NCBI GenBank assembly: GCA_963705105.1
Contig: CAVPIW010000006.1
Span: 512,001 to 576,000 of the forward strand
From: an uncultured Nitrospiraceae bacterium
GTDB taxonomy: Bacteria > Nitrospirota > Thermodesulfovibrionia > Thermodesulfovibrionales > Dissulfurispiraceae
DNA: 64,000 nt
Direction of reading: 5' to 3'
The notes beneath the pieces are model-generated. The model ran no database searches, was not told the origin of the DNA, and saw only the letters and a program-made list of their open reading frames with translations. Of the stretch, positions 9,608-19,606 are shown one piece after another; position 1 is the stretch's first letter; every line of letters begins with the position of its first letter. A program made the position numbers and the translations under genes.

Positions 9608-10855
9608 TTATTGCCCGATCTTGGGAAACGTGGGCGCGTCGGCGGATGAAAATATTTTTAGATCGAGGATGAAATCCCTGAGTTTTATGTAAGTCGTTTC
9701 CTTTGACGACTCAAAGCCGTGCGCCAGATAGGAGTGATTCCTCGACGATTGTATGTCCCGAAACCGACCTTCGCCGGCAGTGAAGATTTTCCCGGTCTCG
9801 TCGCCCAATTCGCCGAGCAGCCTGAAAGCCGCCGTCATGGGGAGTTTTATCTTGTTGTCATGAGCGCCCGTGTGGTTTTTCACGAACTCGTCGCGCAGGC
9901 TCTCGGGGATTTGATCCTTTCGCGCATTCGAGACGTCGATCGCGTATGAGTTCATGAGCTTCTCCTGCGCGACCATCTCCACCAGCCTGTACAGTCGCAA
10001 AACCGCGTCATCGACCTTTCCTTCTTCGAAACGTCGCTCGGCGTTCGAGAACATGTCCAATATGGAAAATACGGAGGGTTTTTTTGCCCTGGCGATAATT
10101 TCATTGAGAAAGGGCAATCTTTCCTGAGTGGCCCTGGCAAAGGCCTTCAAGGAACTGTCGTCGCTTTCCATGATCTCCTCGATCTTTGCACGGTCAAAAG
10201 CCTTTTGGGCATCCTTATGGCGGAAGAGATCCCAATTCTGATACCCGTCAATGAGAAAACTGATCTTCCTGAAGAGCGACTTGTATTTCGAGCTTTTTTC
10301 GAGCAACCCGTCGATCAGGTCGTTGGCGGCTTTGAACTGGTATTGATTGAAAAGAAGCGCAATTTTCTTCTTTTCCTCCACGGCGAGGAAGTCCCAGGGG
10401 TTTATGCTTTTGTAGACGATTTCGTGTCCGTCGACGACGACCCCGACACCGCTTTTGGTCCTCTCGCTGCCGCCGACATAAGAAAACGACACACCATGCG
10501 TAATCGCTGCCAGGGCCAGGGCGACAGACATGTTCTTCGTGCCGCCGGTGTAATCGACGATGACATTATCTCTTTCATACCCTCTTCTCATCACCCGCTG
10601 AACCGCCTCTTCCGCCTTCTCATGGCAGTGAAGCAAGTCGTTGACGTCGTCGGCGAGAGTGACCTCGCTTTTTATGGAAACGCCCTGGGCTTCCAGAGAT
10701 GACTTGATCTGTGCTATTAAGTCGCAGGTATCCTGTGATGCGAAAAATGAGACGAATTCGGGTCTATGTTCAAAGATCGACCGCTCGATCGGTTTCGTCG
10801 ATCCCCCGACAGTCACGACCATTGCTTTTGACACATTTTCCTCCGTTGTGACCAA
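9608..10855 (-). CDS. CARF-HEPN cOA-activated ribonuclease (TIGR02710-like, Csx1/Csm6 class)
   Basis: CARF motifs VTVGGS and VDYTGGTKNMS; HEPN motif RNHSYLAH. Confidence 0.85.
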   Translation of the reverse strand: MVTTEENVSKAMVVTVGGSTKPIERSIFEHRPEFVSFFASQDTCDLIAQIKSSLEAQGVSIKSEVTLADDVNDLLHCHEKAEEAVQRVMRRGYERDNVIVDYTGGTKNMSVALALAAITHGVSFSYVGGSERTKSGVGVVVDGHEIVYKSINPWDFLAVEEKKKIALLFNQYQFKAANDLIDGLLEKSSKYKSLFRKISFLIDGYQNWDLFRHKDAQKAFDRAKIEEIMESDDSSLKAFARATQERLPFLNEIIARAKKPSVFSILDMFSNAERRFEEGKVDDAVLRLYRLVEMVAQEKLMNSYAIDVSNARKDQIPESLRDEFVKNHTGAHDNKIKLPMTAAFRLLGELGDETGKIFTAGEGRFRDIQSSRNHSYLAHGFESSKETTYIKLRDFILDLKIFSSADAPTFPKIGQ

Positions 10856-10936
10856 TTTTATCCCTTATGCAAAACGAAAAGCTTCCCTTGCACGGCAAGA
10901 CATAACCGGGGCCAGTCCTGCTATTGTCGTGGGCGG

Positions 10937-11598
10937 GTCTCAATCCCTTCTACGTGAGGTCTTTTTTCCTACCCTCGCCTACGACAATCAGGAATTCATG
11001 ACGTGGGGTCTCAATCCCTTCTATTTGAGGTCTTTTTTCCTACCAATACCTGTCAGGAGAAGTTTATGAAGGGCGGTCTCAATCCCTTCTATTTGAGGTC
11101 TTTTTTCCTACTTAGTCAGTACTGAGCAAAAGCCCGTCAGGAAAGTCTCAATCCCTTCTATTTGAGGTCTTTTTTCCTACAGCTCCGACAGGCCGCCCGT
11201 GCTCCCGAGGCCCGTCTCAATCCCTTCTATTTGAGGTCTTTTTTCCTACTAAATCCCGAAACGGAATGAGGAGGTTTTAACGAGTCTCAATCCCTTCTAT
11301 TTGAGGTCTTTTTTCCTACTGGACGTCCTCTCAAGCTCAGTCCATGAGTACGTCTCAATCCCTTCTATTTGAGGTCTTTTTTCCTACAGAATCGCCGCCA
11401 GAATAGTTGCAGACCTCTGCGCGTCTCAATCCCTTCTATTTGAGGTCTTTTTTCCTACAGCAAAGTACGACGACAGGATTCGGTTAGGTATCGTCTCAAT
11501 CCCTTCTATTTGAGGTCTTTTTTCCTACAGGCTTACGAGATGGTGTCAGACTGGCGTGCGTCGTCTCAATCCCTTCTATTTGAGGTCTTTTTTCCTAC
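10937..11598 (-). CRISPR. CRISPR array 2: 10 repeats and 9 spacers of 32-35 bp. Repeat on the transcribed strand: GTAGGAAAAAAGACCTCAAATAGAAGGGATTGAGAC
   Basis: Counted directly. The leftmost repeat (10937-10972) is degenerate, as expected for the trailer end, which supports minus orientation. Confidence 0.98.
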
Positions 11599-11703
11599 CG
11601 TCCCCCCATAAAATATGGCTGCATTTCAAAGGGTTCCAGAGGCCCTTTTGCAGACTTTTTCGCCTTGAGGCACTTACTGAAACAATATTTCTGAAATGTT
11701 TCA
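11599..11703 (-). promoter_or_regulatory. Leader of array 2, including the tandem palindrome at 11682-11702
   Basis: Same motifs at the same offsets from the first repeat as in the array 1 leader. Confidence 0.85.
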
Positions 11704-11791
11704 TATCGTGCATCAATAACCAGCGTTGTCAAAGAGCGGAGCGGGTGATCAACTGTTCCTGATCGACTCAAGATACCTCTGAATATTCACG

Positions 11792-12040
11792 TCAATCCGG
11801 CGAATGGTCGAAGATCACCACATCGCCGGTCACCGGCGAGCGGTAGACCAGCTTTCGCGCCTTGCCGTGCAGGGCGTGGGCAATCTTCAGATAGAGCCAC
11901 ACCGGCCCCGCGCCGGTGAGAACGACGTCATTCCCCTCGTCGGCGAGTTCCCGCGCCCGGAGGACGTAGGTGTCGAGATCCCGAAGCTTGGCGGAGGTCG
12001 AGTAAAGGGATTTGACGTCGATCATCACTTCATCAGCCAT
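11792..12040 (-). CDS. csx3: Csx3/Crn3-family ring nuclease
   Basis: 82 aa; VVLTGAGPVWLYLKIAHALH and C-terminal VIFDH motifs. Confidence 0.8.
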   Translation of the reverse strand: MADEVMIDVKSLYSTSAKLRDLDTYVLRARELADEGNDVVLTGAGPVWLYLKIAHALHGKARKLVYRSPVTGDVVIFDHSPD

Positions 12041-12043
12041 TCT

Positions 12044-13213
12044 TCAGGACCTCTCGCTGGGCTCGCTCAACATCTTCGATACTATCGCGCCGAATGCCGC
12101 CACCTTCGACGGCGGTATGACCTCCGTGTTGAATTGCTCGGCCCGGGCTCGCACGGATTCCTTCATCTGACCGTCTTTCAATATATACGGAGATGTTGTG
12201 ACGAGGATACTTCTGACGCGCAGACCAAATTCTTTCTGGAGAGCACCTATTTTGTAAAGCACTTCCGTTTTCCTGTCATCATGCTGATCAAGAGATTTGC
12301 ACTCAATGAAATAAAGCGCGTTTTCCTTTGTAAACATAACATCGAATTCGTTGTCCCGACCCTTGGCGTTCATCAGTTGCACACCCAGGACGACATCGTC
12401 CACGCTTTGACCGAGAACGGCCGTTATTTCGTTGAAACAGTATTCCTCCAACCAGCCGCCGGTCAAATATCTGATCTCAGAACGATTGAACGTTTTTGAA
12501 ACCACACCATTGCTGTTATCGTAAGACGCTCCCACTCTCGCGATGAATTCATTCTCCTCGCGGGATGCGCCCAGAAAAGGAGCATTCACGAAGTATTGCT
12601 TATCGTCCCTATGAGACCTAAGGACGCCGCTCATCCATACAAGGAGATTTTTTATCTTCTCATACTTCAGCACTATCCAATCTGTGAACTCCCTTCGCTG
12701 AATAGCGTCATCTTTGTAACCTTTTAACTTTTTCTCGTTCATGACGTTCAGACCATAGCTCGTCAGATAATCCACGACACTCAGCCTGAGAGCAAGACTT
12801 GTCGGTTTACTGGGGCTCTTCTTCGGAAAGGGTACAATGAATTCATTCTTTGGTAAGGGTATATAAATCATCCTGCTGCTGTAGTCCTTGAAATATTCAT
12901 ATGCTGCAATCGACATGATCTTGGTCCCACAGGTTAGATTCACTGTAAATTCAGCATCTTCCCAACCTTCGATCCATGCGTCGATTTTGCGGTGACAGTC
13001 AAGTATGGAGTCCTCTTGCACCGTTATCTTGTCATGTCTTTTTTCATAATGGAGACCCAGCCGGTGCAGTGTTTCTATGATGCTCTGAGATTTCCCCCTA
13101 CCCTCCATATCATTTGTTGTGACAAAAAGCAGCCTGTCAGGCTTGAAATGGTGAACACCAAGGATGTTCGGTATTGTCTGATCCGAAACCAGACAGACAT
13201 GGATTTGGGTCAT
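12044..13213 (-). CDS. Card1/Can2-like CARF + PD-(D/E)xK nuclease (DUF1887)
   Basis: HVCLVSDQTIPN and NLTCGTKIMS CARF motifs; GGWLEEY and NEFDV...FIECKS nuclease motifs. Confidence 0.88.
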   Translation of the reverse strand: MTQIHVCLVSDQTIPNILGVHHFKPDRLLFVTTNDMEGRGKSQSIIETLHRLGLHYEKRHDKITVQEDSILDCHRKIDAWIEGWEDAEFTVNLTCGTKIMSIAAYEYFKDYSSRMIYIPLPKNEFIVPFPKKSPSKPTSLALRLSVVDYLTSYGLNVMNEKKLKGYKDDAIQRREFTDWIVLKYEKIKNLLVWMSGVLRSHRDDKQYFVNAPFLGASREENEFIARVGASYDNSNGVVSKTFNRSEIRYLTGGWLEEYCFNEITAVLGQSVDDVVLGVQLMNAKGRDNEFDVMFTKENALYFIECKSLDQHDDRKTEVLYKIGALQKEFGLRVRSILVTTSPYILKDGQMKESVRARAEQFNTEVIPPSKVAAFGAIVSKMLSEPSERS

Positions 13214-13229
13214 ATTTTCATCTCCCTTG

Positions 13230-13625
13230 CTACATCCTCAGATGCTGCCTTACGGCGTTCAGGAAGTGCCTTGCCTTGTCCACTATCGCTTTTGCCTTAG
13301 CCGTGTCAACCTGCTCAAAAGTCCTGTAGTCAGAGACCTGACGAATTTCAAAGGCCTTGTGAAAGTCCCGGGAAAGGTCTCTCGAAAGAATCCCTGACCG
13401 CACGAATTCAGCATCGAAAAGGCTGATCACTCCTGTGTGTTTCGACGGAACTCTGCCGACCGTCTGCAGGAGGGCGAGCGCCGCATAGAACATCGTGTAA
13501 TACGCTCTATTGACAATGCCTTGCGGGCTGCGTCCGCCCTGCAACAAAAACTCTGCATCCTCGAGCGCGGTCTGCGCCTGCTCGATGCGGTGCCGCACGA
13601 GAATGGAGACGTCGTCTTCTCTCAC
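13230..13625 (-). CDS. HEPN-domain protein (MNT-HEPN toxin partner)
   Basis: NRAYYTMFYAALALL, SKHTGVISLF, RQVSDY. Confidence 0.88.
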   Translation of the reverse strand: MREDDVSILVRHRIEQAQTALEDAEFLLQGGRSPQGIVNRAYYTMFYAALALLQTVGRVPSKHTGVISLFDAEFVRSGILSRDLSRDFHKAFEIRQVSDYRTFEQVDTAKAKAIVDKARHFLNAVRQHLRM

Positions 13626-13945
13626 AGGAGCACTCCCTGCTGTTCCACTGCCTGGGCAAGCAAAGATGATCGTTCAGGAGTGTCTTCCCACTCTCTTCTT
13701 CTGAAGATAACAGGCACGATAACAATCCCGGCATCGAATCCCGACTCCCAGGCGAGCTCGCTCACAATGTCCACATCCCGATCGGTTGCGGAATCGTCGA
13801 GAATGACGACCACATCCATATCCGACAGCGGACCCGCTTCGCCTCTGGCCCTTGATCCGAAGAGAATCAGCCTGACAGGACCGACCTCCTTCTCGATCGA
13901 CGATTTCAGTCTTCCCAATACTTCCCTGTCTCTTGCTTCCATCAT
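13622..13945 (-). CDS. Minimal nucleotidyltransferase (MNT) antitoxin
   Basis: LILFGSRARGEA...SDMDVVV (GS...DxD); overlaps the HEPN start. Confidence 0.88.
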   Translation of the reverse strand: MMEARDREVLGRLKSSIEKEVGPVRLILFGSRARGEAGPLSDMDVVVILDDSATDRDVDIVSELAWESGFDAGIVIVPVIFRRREWEDTPERSSLLAQAVEQQGVLL

Positions 13946-14117
13946 GCCTCCGTCACATCTGCCAGTGATCCCCTGCACGATTTGTCATACTTAGTCTATA
14001 CCAAATGACCGTCAACTGCCGACTCCCTTCTGTACCGGATGCTTTCGCTTTCATGAAGCACCCAGTGACTCACCTCACCGAGCCTCTGCGCAGCCGGCTC
14101 CACGAGATGTACGCCCT

Positions 14118-14342
14118 TCACAGTTTCATCTCCTTTTCGATCATCGGAACAAAGGGCTTCGGCTCATGGTCGATGAATTCATTGAAGTGATTAAGAAACT
14201 CGATGTAGGCGTCCGCATCGACCACGCCGTCTATTACGAAGGCGTTTGCCCAGCCTGCCCTGAGTGTATCCATGTCTTTTCTGAAGTTATCAGAGCCGGC
14301 CAGGTCGAGAAGTTCCTTTTCGGCGGCGCGGGAAAGGTTCAT
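14118..14342 (-). CDS. Small hypothetical protein (74 aa)
   Basis: MNLSRAAEKELLDLAGSDNFRKDM...; coding-like composition; start uncertain. Confidence 0.55.
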   Translation of the reverse strand: MNLSRAAEKELLDLAGSDNFRKDMDTLRAGWANAFVIDGVVDADAYIEFLNHFNEFIDHEPKPFVPMIEKEMKL

Positions 14343-14475
14343 TTCTCTTGGTCTCCGTCTACCAGACAGTGCTACCATGGTCACACAGGGGTTGTAAATC
14401 CCCACGACCGAGCCGGACCTGCTGTTCTTCAAGGGAGGCTGGGAATTTATCAAGAACGATCCTGAACTCCATCGT

Positions 14476-16221
14476 TCACTCCTTCAGGAATGCCATGATG
14501 TCCAGCACTCTCTTGACCGACTTGTCTTTCTTGGCCTTTGCAGGATCAGGATTGTCGATCCACCCTCCTTCTTCAATCATCATATCTTTAATCCGGCCAG
14601 CCACCTTCCTGGCATCCTCCTCACCCCAACGTCCCTCCTTGAGTGCGTTGAACAGGGCGATGCTGGGTTTGAGGTTGGGATCTTTACGCCCGGCCACAAC
14701 GTCCTCTATCATTCGATCGAGCGGGGAAAGCTTTGCAAGCCTTTCCTCCTCAATCTTCTTGCGGGCCTCCTCTTCTTGTTCTTTCCGCTGCTTCTCGGCC
14801 GCAGCCGCCATCTGACGAGCAAGTTCGGCTCTCTCTTTCTCCTCCTCAGCCTGTCTCTGCGCGTCTACTTGCGCACGAGCGAGAGCCAACTTATCCTGCA
14901 TCTCCTTAAGCCTGACAGCAACCGCAGAGGCTTCGGTGAGATATGGTTCGCAAATATCACTTAATTCCTTCCATTCGTTCGGGTGAGCGAACATCGGATA
15001 GACTTCGACCAGCAGCCAACCGAAGGGCAACAAATTACTTGTCTGATCCAATTCTTGAGCAGCAAGCCAGAAAGTGCGAGCGGCCTTCTCCGATGTGAAT
15101 CGCTGTTTCTTTGTTGCCTGGTCCCTATCAAGCATGATCCTGATACTTCGGACTCCATTCAGCGTGACCGACTCAGCGCCGGAATGACGTCCGACACGGA
15201 GGAGGAATATTTCTCCGCGTTCCATGCGCTCTTTGCAGCTATTCAGAAGCATCTGTGTTGACTTTTCCCAGGTTATATCGAGGTATCCGCGCTCTATCAT
15301 AAGCTGATTCTCTGCTTCGAGTATAGGCTCATAGAAAGTATTGCATGCGTGGGCAATGTCGGTGATGTCGAAGCGAAGTTCTTTTGCGGGAATATTCTTG
15401 CTATAATGCTTATCGAGGTCGGTCATGCACTGGATATTGATCTGGTTGGTAAATGCTCTATAGCGCCAGCCAGGAATGCATTCGAGTATTTGATAGAGGT
15501 CTCTGCTTTCGGCCTGAGACTTTCTGAGGTTACCTTGCTGGTCTTTGACCGGTGCCTTCTTACGGTTGATAGCCAGATACACCTGTGCGGCTGGGATATC
15601 CCTCTCACCTGACCAAACGGCATCGGACACATGGATAAGCCGCATGGGATCCTTCTCCAGAAACAACTTCCTCTTATCGGGATCACGATACCTAAAAAGA
15701 CCGCCCTGAAATTCATGTAGTCCCTTCTTGTCCTGAGTCAGTGCACCAGCATTTACCCTATCTAATAGAGCAGTTCGCATTGCACCCTTCATGGATGAAC
15801 CATACAAAAGCGGCAGGCGGGTAATGGAATCAAATCCCGTCCGATCAATTTCCAGCCGGTTAATGACCTTCTTACCCCCTGATTCGAGATTGGCAGTCTG
15901 ACCGATACGATTCTTATAAAGATTCGCAACACCTGACAGAACAGGAATCCTCTGAACCGAATGGCTCATCAACAACGCACGCCGATCAAAGAAAAAGCGT
16001 TGCACAGCAAGTACCATAGTCGGACCCGGCGTTCCGCTTGTAATGTTTTGCAGTTGCGCACGATCTGTCCTCGTAAGCACCTGCATGACTGTGCCAGTAT
16101 CAAACTCGTACAGCACACCCTCATCGATAACGTAGTTTGTCGGCTCATAGCTCTCGCCAGTGCCGATATGAATGGGCGAAAGGGGCGTAATTGACAATCT
16201 ATAAGAAGTAAGAGCTTTCAT
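14476..16221 (-). CDS. csm5: Type III-A RAMP Csm5 with a long C-terminal extension
   Basis: PLSPIHIGTG, LYGSSMKGAMRTA, LLRVGRHSGAE, LPFGW; position after csm4. Confidence 0.9.
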   Translation of the reverse strand: MKALTSYRLSITPLSPIHIGTGESYEPTNYVIDEGVLYEFDTGTVMQVLTRTDRAQLQNITSGTPGPTMVLAVQRFFFDRRALLMSHSVQRIPVLSGVANLYKNRIGQTANLESGGKKVINRLEIDRTGFDSITRLPLLYGSSMKGAMRTALLDRVNAGALTQDKKGLHEFQGGLFRYRDPDKRKLFLEKDPMRLIHVSDAVWSGERDIPAAQVYLAINRKKAPVKDQQGNLRKSQAESRDLYQILECIPGWRYRAFTNQINIQCMTDLDKHYSKNIPAKELRFDITDIAHACNTFYEPILEAENQLMIERGYLDITWEKSTQMLLNSCKERMERGEIFLLRVGRHSGAESVTLNGVRSIRIMLDRDQATKKQRFTSEKAARTFWLAAQELDQTSNLLPFGWLLVEVYPMFAHPNEWKELSDICEPYLTEASAVAVRLKEMQDKLALARAQVDAQRQAEEEKERAELARQMAAAAEKQRKEQEEEARKKIEEERLAKLSPLDRMIEDVVAGRKDPNLKPSIALFNALKEGRWGEEDARKVAGRIKDMMIEEGGWIDNPDPAKAKKDKSVKRVLDIMAFLKE

Positions 16222-17195
16222 CGCTGCTCCTCCTGTTGAGGCAGCCTTATTGCCACTACCGGCGCATAACCTTGATGGACAGTTTCCCGGATAGACGCAG
16301 AAAGACTTCCATTCGAGCCGAGACCTTGCCCGATTACATGTCTATTTTCGAATTTAGCGGGGGTTAAGACTGCACCGGTGTCAGCAAGCAGTATGGGCGT
16401 TTTGAAGGGGTTGTCAGTAAGCACGCCGACATCACCATGTCGACCAAAGCGCGTGAATGGCTGGTAAAAACACCGAGATTCATCCCAATCCAGCCCCTGT
16501 GGTGCACAGGGTGATAGTGTTATCCATGCGTTCGAGTCGTCCTGGTCAGGAAGTCTGAACTCATCCAGCGCAATCAGCTCAAACTTACCCAGTCCGATGC
16601 TGGCATCCCTACCATATCCTATTTGGCCGATAGTGGTGAGCAAATATCTCAAATCATCCTGCATCAGGCGTTCTTCATCAAGGATGACATATAAATCGAG
16701 AAGCATCGAACCCTGCTCTTGTCTCTGAGCATTTTTGGCTCCGTACCACAGCTGCAGCATAGAATAAGGTGCGAACTCTCCCACGCCGGTTCTACCAGTT
16801 TCACGATTCAATGTGTTGTGGGGTTGAGGATGTTCCTCTGGCACTGCACCATTTAAAGCGCTGGATGGTTCAGAATACCTAAGCCATTCTGCCACAGGTT
16901 CCTCGAAGTGCGCCAAAGGCATCCAGACCCGTTTCTTGATAGACTTCAGATCATCGTGCTCATTTCCCACGAACCAATGAGTAGGCAGACTGGGCCTTGG
17001 TAGGTAATCAGCCGGAAACGCGTCCGAGATTACGGCATAGGGACGACCGGCAATGTAACCATCAAGGAGTAAGGTAAGCCGATCTATACCATATATGTTC
17101 CGAGCCGCCCAGCATAATTGACCAAACAGCGTATCGCCCTTGAGCGGCGTGCCAAAGGCGGATTTGGGGCTAATTCGTGCACGATATGAACGCAT
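16218..17195 (-). CDS. csm4: Type III-A RAMP Csm4
   Basis: GDTLFGQLCW, ISDAFP, GYGRDASIGLGKF. Confidence 0.92.
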   Translation of the reverse strand: MRSYRARISPKSAFGTPLKGDTLFGQLCWAARNIYGIDRLTLLLDGYIAGRPYAVISDAFPADYLPRPSLPTHWFVGNEHDDLKSIKKRVWMPLAHFEEPVAEWLRYSEPSSALNGAVPEEHPQPHNTLNRETGRTGVGEFAPYSMLQLWYGAKNAQRQEQGSMLLDLYVILDEERLMQDDLRYLLTTIGQIGYGRDASIGLGKFELIALDEFRLPDQDDSNAWITLSPCAPQGLDWDESRCFYQPFTRFGRHGDVGVLTDNPFKTPILLADTGAVLTPAKFENRHVIGQGLGSNGSLSASIRETVHQGYAPVVAIRLPQQEEQR

Positions 17196-17205
17196 AGTTA
17201 TGGCC

Positions 17206-17931
17206 TCACGTTTTCTGTTCGGATGAAATACTCACGGCCTCAATTTTCGGCAAAACATCTATGCCGTCCAAGGAAAGTCCTGTGAACCTGATCTTGCCAT
17301 AACCACGGGATCCAGACCCACCCAATCCGGTAAGTTCCAATAGCTTCAGGCCACGCCAGACTGTTGGCAACAGATCTTCGTCGTCATGTTGCCGAATGGT
17401 GAGATTGAACTCGAACCGAGCGCCAGCCGGCACTCGTTCCGTGTTTCGAGGATGCTCGGCAACACCCCGGATGCGGTCAATCATGTTTTCCATCTTTGTT
17501 TCGGTGAGCAGAAGGTTGCGGCGATTCATCTCATCAACCCAACGTCTATCCAACGGACAATCCCAGAAGGCCAGCCGAGTCGGGCCAATTTCTTTCACCA
17601 GTGCATCACTGGCACCATCACCCTCCGGGGCTCCACCAAAGAGCCTCAAGATGTCTCTTGCCTCTTTGACATTTGTCGAAATATCTTTAATATGCTTGAA
17701 CCCCAGGGGCACGCCACCAGTTATACCAACCAGCCCAAGCTCCCACTCCAGGAGGCTTCTCATCTTTCCTTTGATGCTGGAACCCGGAATATACGGTTCC
17801 AAGGTAACTGGATGTTTGATCACTGGATTATCTGTCCCCCCAATATGCATTTCATTATTGCCGCTGCCGATGTGCAATCCAGTCACTATCTCGATAGTGC
17901 CGGTAATTTTTTTGATGGCAGAGAGTTTCAT
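17206..17931 (-). CDS. csm3: Type III-A RAMP Csm3 (target RNase)
   Basis: TGLHIG, IGGTDNPV (catalytic Asp), PYIPGSSIKGKMRS, LGGSGSRGYG. Confidence 0.96.
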   Translation of the reverse strand: MKLSAIKKITGTIEIVTGLHIGSGNNEMHIGGTDNPVIKHPVTLEPYIPGSSIKGKMRSLLEWELGLVGITGGVPLGFKHIKDISTNVKEARDILRLFGGAPEGDGASDALVKEIGPTRLAFWDCPLDRRWVDEMNRRNLLLTETKMENMIDRIRGVAEHPRNTERVPAGARFEFNLTIRQHDDEDLLPTVWRGLKLLELTGLGGSGSRGYGKIRFTGLSLDGIDVLPKIEAVSISSEQKT

Positions 17932-18235
17932 ATCTTGGCCTCCTTTAATCTTGGCGTTCCTGCTTGTAGAAACCTATGAACGCTTCCCAAAAAAGCTTGC
18001 ATGTCGTTAGAGTCTCAGGACTGATTACCTCTTGCAGGGTGTGCGAGAAAAGAGACACGAACGTCTTATCAACAAGTTTGCGACCTTCTGCATAGGCTAT
18101 CTTCGCATTCAGCATGCGGATAAATGGCAGAAACTCGTTAAATTTTTCTGGCTGTTGGTTGACCCTTGTTTCCCAGAGCATGAGCTCGTCATAGAAGCGT
18201 CTAAGTTGAGTTGTCTTGTTACGATTGTGATCTGC

Positions 18236-19606
18236 GAGGTCATGTCAATAGGTGTGTAAAAAGCCATCAGGCGGCGAACCTTTCGACAGACTCTTCCTGC
18301 TCGACGGCAATGCCGTCTGTGAAGAGTTTCCCCTCGTGGACATCCCTCAGTAACCAATATCCCTTGAGCCTGCGGAATCTCTTCTCAGCGACTCCCAGCA
18401 ACTTCCAGATCATCGCCGTCGCGTTTTGGACTTTCCTATACCGCTTCGCCGCATCCGTTCTCAAACGCACCGCGCTGAACGGTGACTCCACCACATTGGT
18501 CGTCCTGATATGCACCCAGTGCTCTTTCGGCAATGAATAGAACGTCACCATTCGCTCCCAATCTCTCCTCAGGGTCTCCGTCGCCTTCGGAAAATCCCTC
18601 CCATACCGGCTGATAAAGCTGTCCCTGAGCCTCTCACACTCTGCCTGCGTCTCTGCATAGGGGATCTTGGTGAGATACTCGCCTGCCTCGGCACGTATCC
18701 TCTTGGGCATCGCATCCAGCACGTTGGTTATCTTATGGTTCCAACACCTCTGCTCCTTGCCCTCGGGATGAAGCTCTCCCAACGCTGACCATATCCCCAA
18801 ATGACCATCGGCAACCGTCAATGTGCCCAGCTTCAGTCCCCGAGCGGTCAGATCCCTCAGGACCCCTGCCCAGGATTCCTTGCTCTCCCGATACCCGCTC
18901 TCGCAGGCCAGCAGGATCTTTTCCCCCGTAACCAACGCCCCGATGATCACCAGCAATGCTGCTTTGTCTTTCTCCAACCCGGCCTTCACGTATATCCCGT
19001 CCGCCCACTGATAGACGACCTCAAGCCCGGAAAGATCCCGAGCCTTCCACTCGTCGTATTCGCACTGCCATTTGCCCTTCAGCCGCTGGATCGACGAGGA
19101 CGACAGCGGCGCCCCTTCTCCCAATAACCCCCGAAGCGCTAAATCAAAATCCCCCTGCGCCAGTCCGTGGAGATACAATTCCGGCAGTAACTGCCCCACT
19201 TCTTTTGACCGACGTATGAATAACGGCAGGACCTTGCTCTCAAATCGCTCCTCCGCTCCCCGCACACGGGGCCGTCGGACCGTGATCGTCCCGTTCATCA
19301 GCGTGAACTTCTTCCCCTTCCCGTGTCCGTTCCAATACCCCCGCTTGCTATCCACCTTCTTGATCCTCTCGGATTTCTTCCTCCCTAAAAAGATCTCGAC
19401 TTCCTCTTCCAGTATGTCTTGAATGTATTCCTGGACTCTCTGCCGAACTATCCCTTCCAATGCCTCGTACGTCGCCCTTGACGGCTCAACTGCCTCGGTG
19501 ATACTCTTGTCCATGGTGGTGTCTCCTTTCTCTTTGTTGATTCCAGGTCAACTGATTAAGGATACACCGCCTTCTCACTCATTTACACACTTTTTGATCT
19601 TACCTC
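18236..19606 (-). mobile_element. IS256-family insertion sequence (1371 bp)
   Basis: 25-bp imperfect IRs (GAGGTCATGTCAATAGGTGTGTAAA / GAGGTAAGATCAAAAAGTGTGTAAA); 9-bp target duplication GTGATCTGC at 18227-18235 and 19607-19615. Confidence 0.95.
18267..19514 (-). CDS. IS256-family DDE transposase, intact
   Basis: WADGIY, VADGHLG, QRCWNHK, RTTNVVES. Confidence 0.95.
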   Translation of the reverse strand: MDKSITEAVEPSRATYEALEGIVRQRVQEYIQDILEEEVEIFLGRKKSERIKKVDSKRGYWNGHGKGKKFTLMNGTITVRRPRVRGAEERFESKVLPLFIRRSKEVGQLLPELYLHGLAQGDFDLALRGLLGEGAPLSSSSIQRLKGKWQCEYDEWKARDLSGLEVVYQWADGIYVKAGLEKDKAALLVIIGALVTGEKILLACESGYRESKESWAGVLRDLTARGLKLGTLTVADGHLGIWSALGELHPEGKEQRCWNHKITNVLDAMPKRIRAEAGEYLTKIPYAETQAECERLRDSFISRYGRDFPKATETLRRDWERMVTFYSLPKEHWVHIRTTNVVESPFSAVRLRTDAAKRYRKVQNATAMIWKLLGVAEKRFRRLKGYWLLRDVHEGKLFTDGIAVEQEESVERFAA

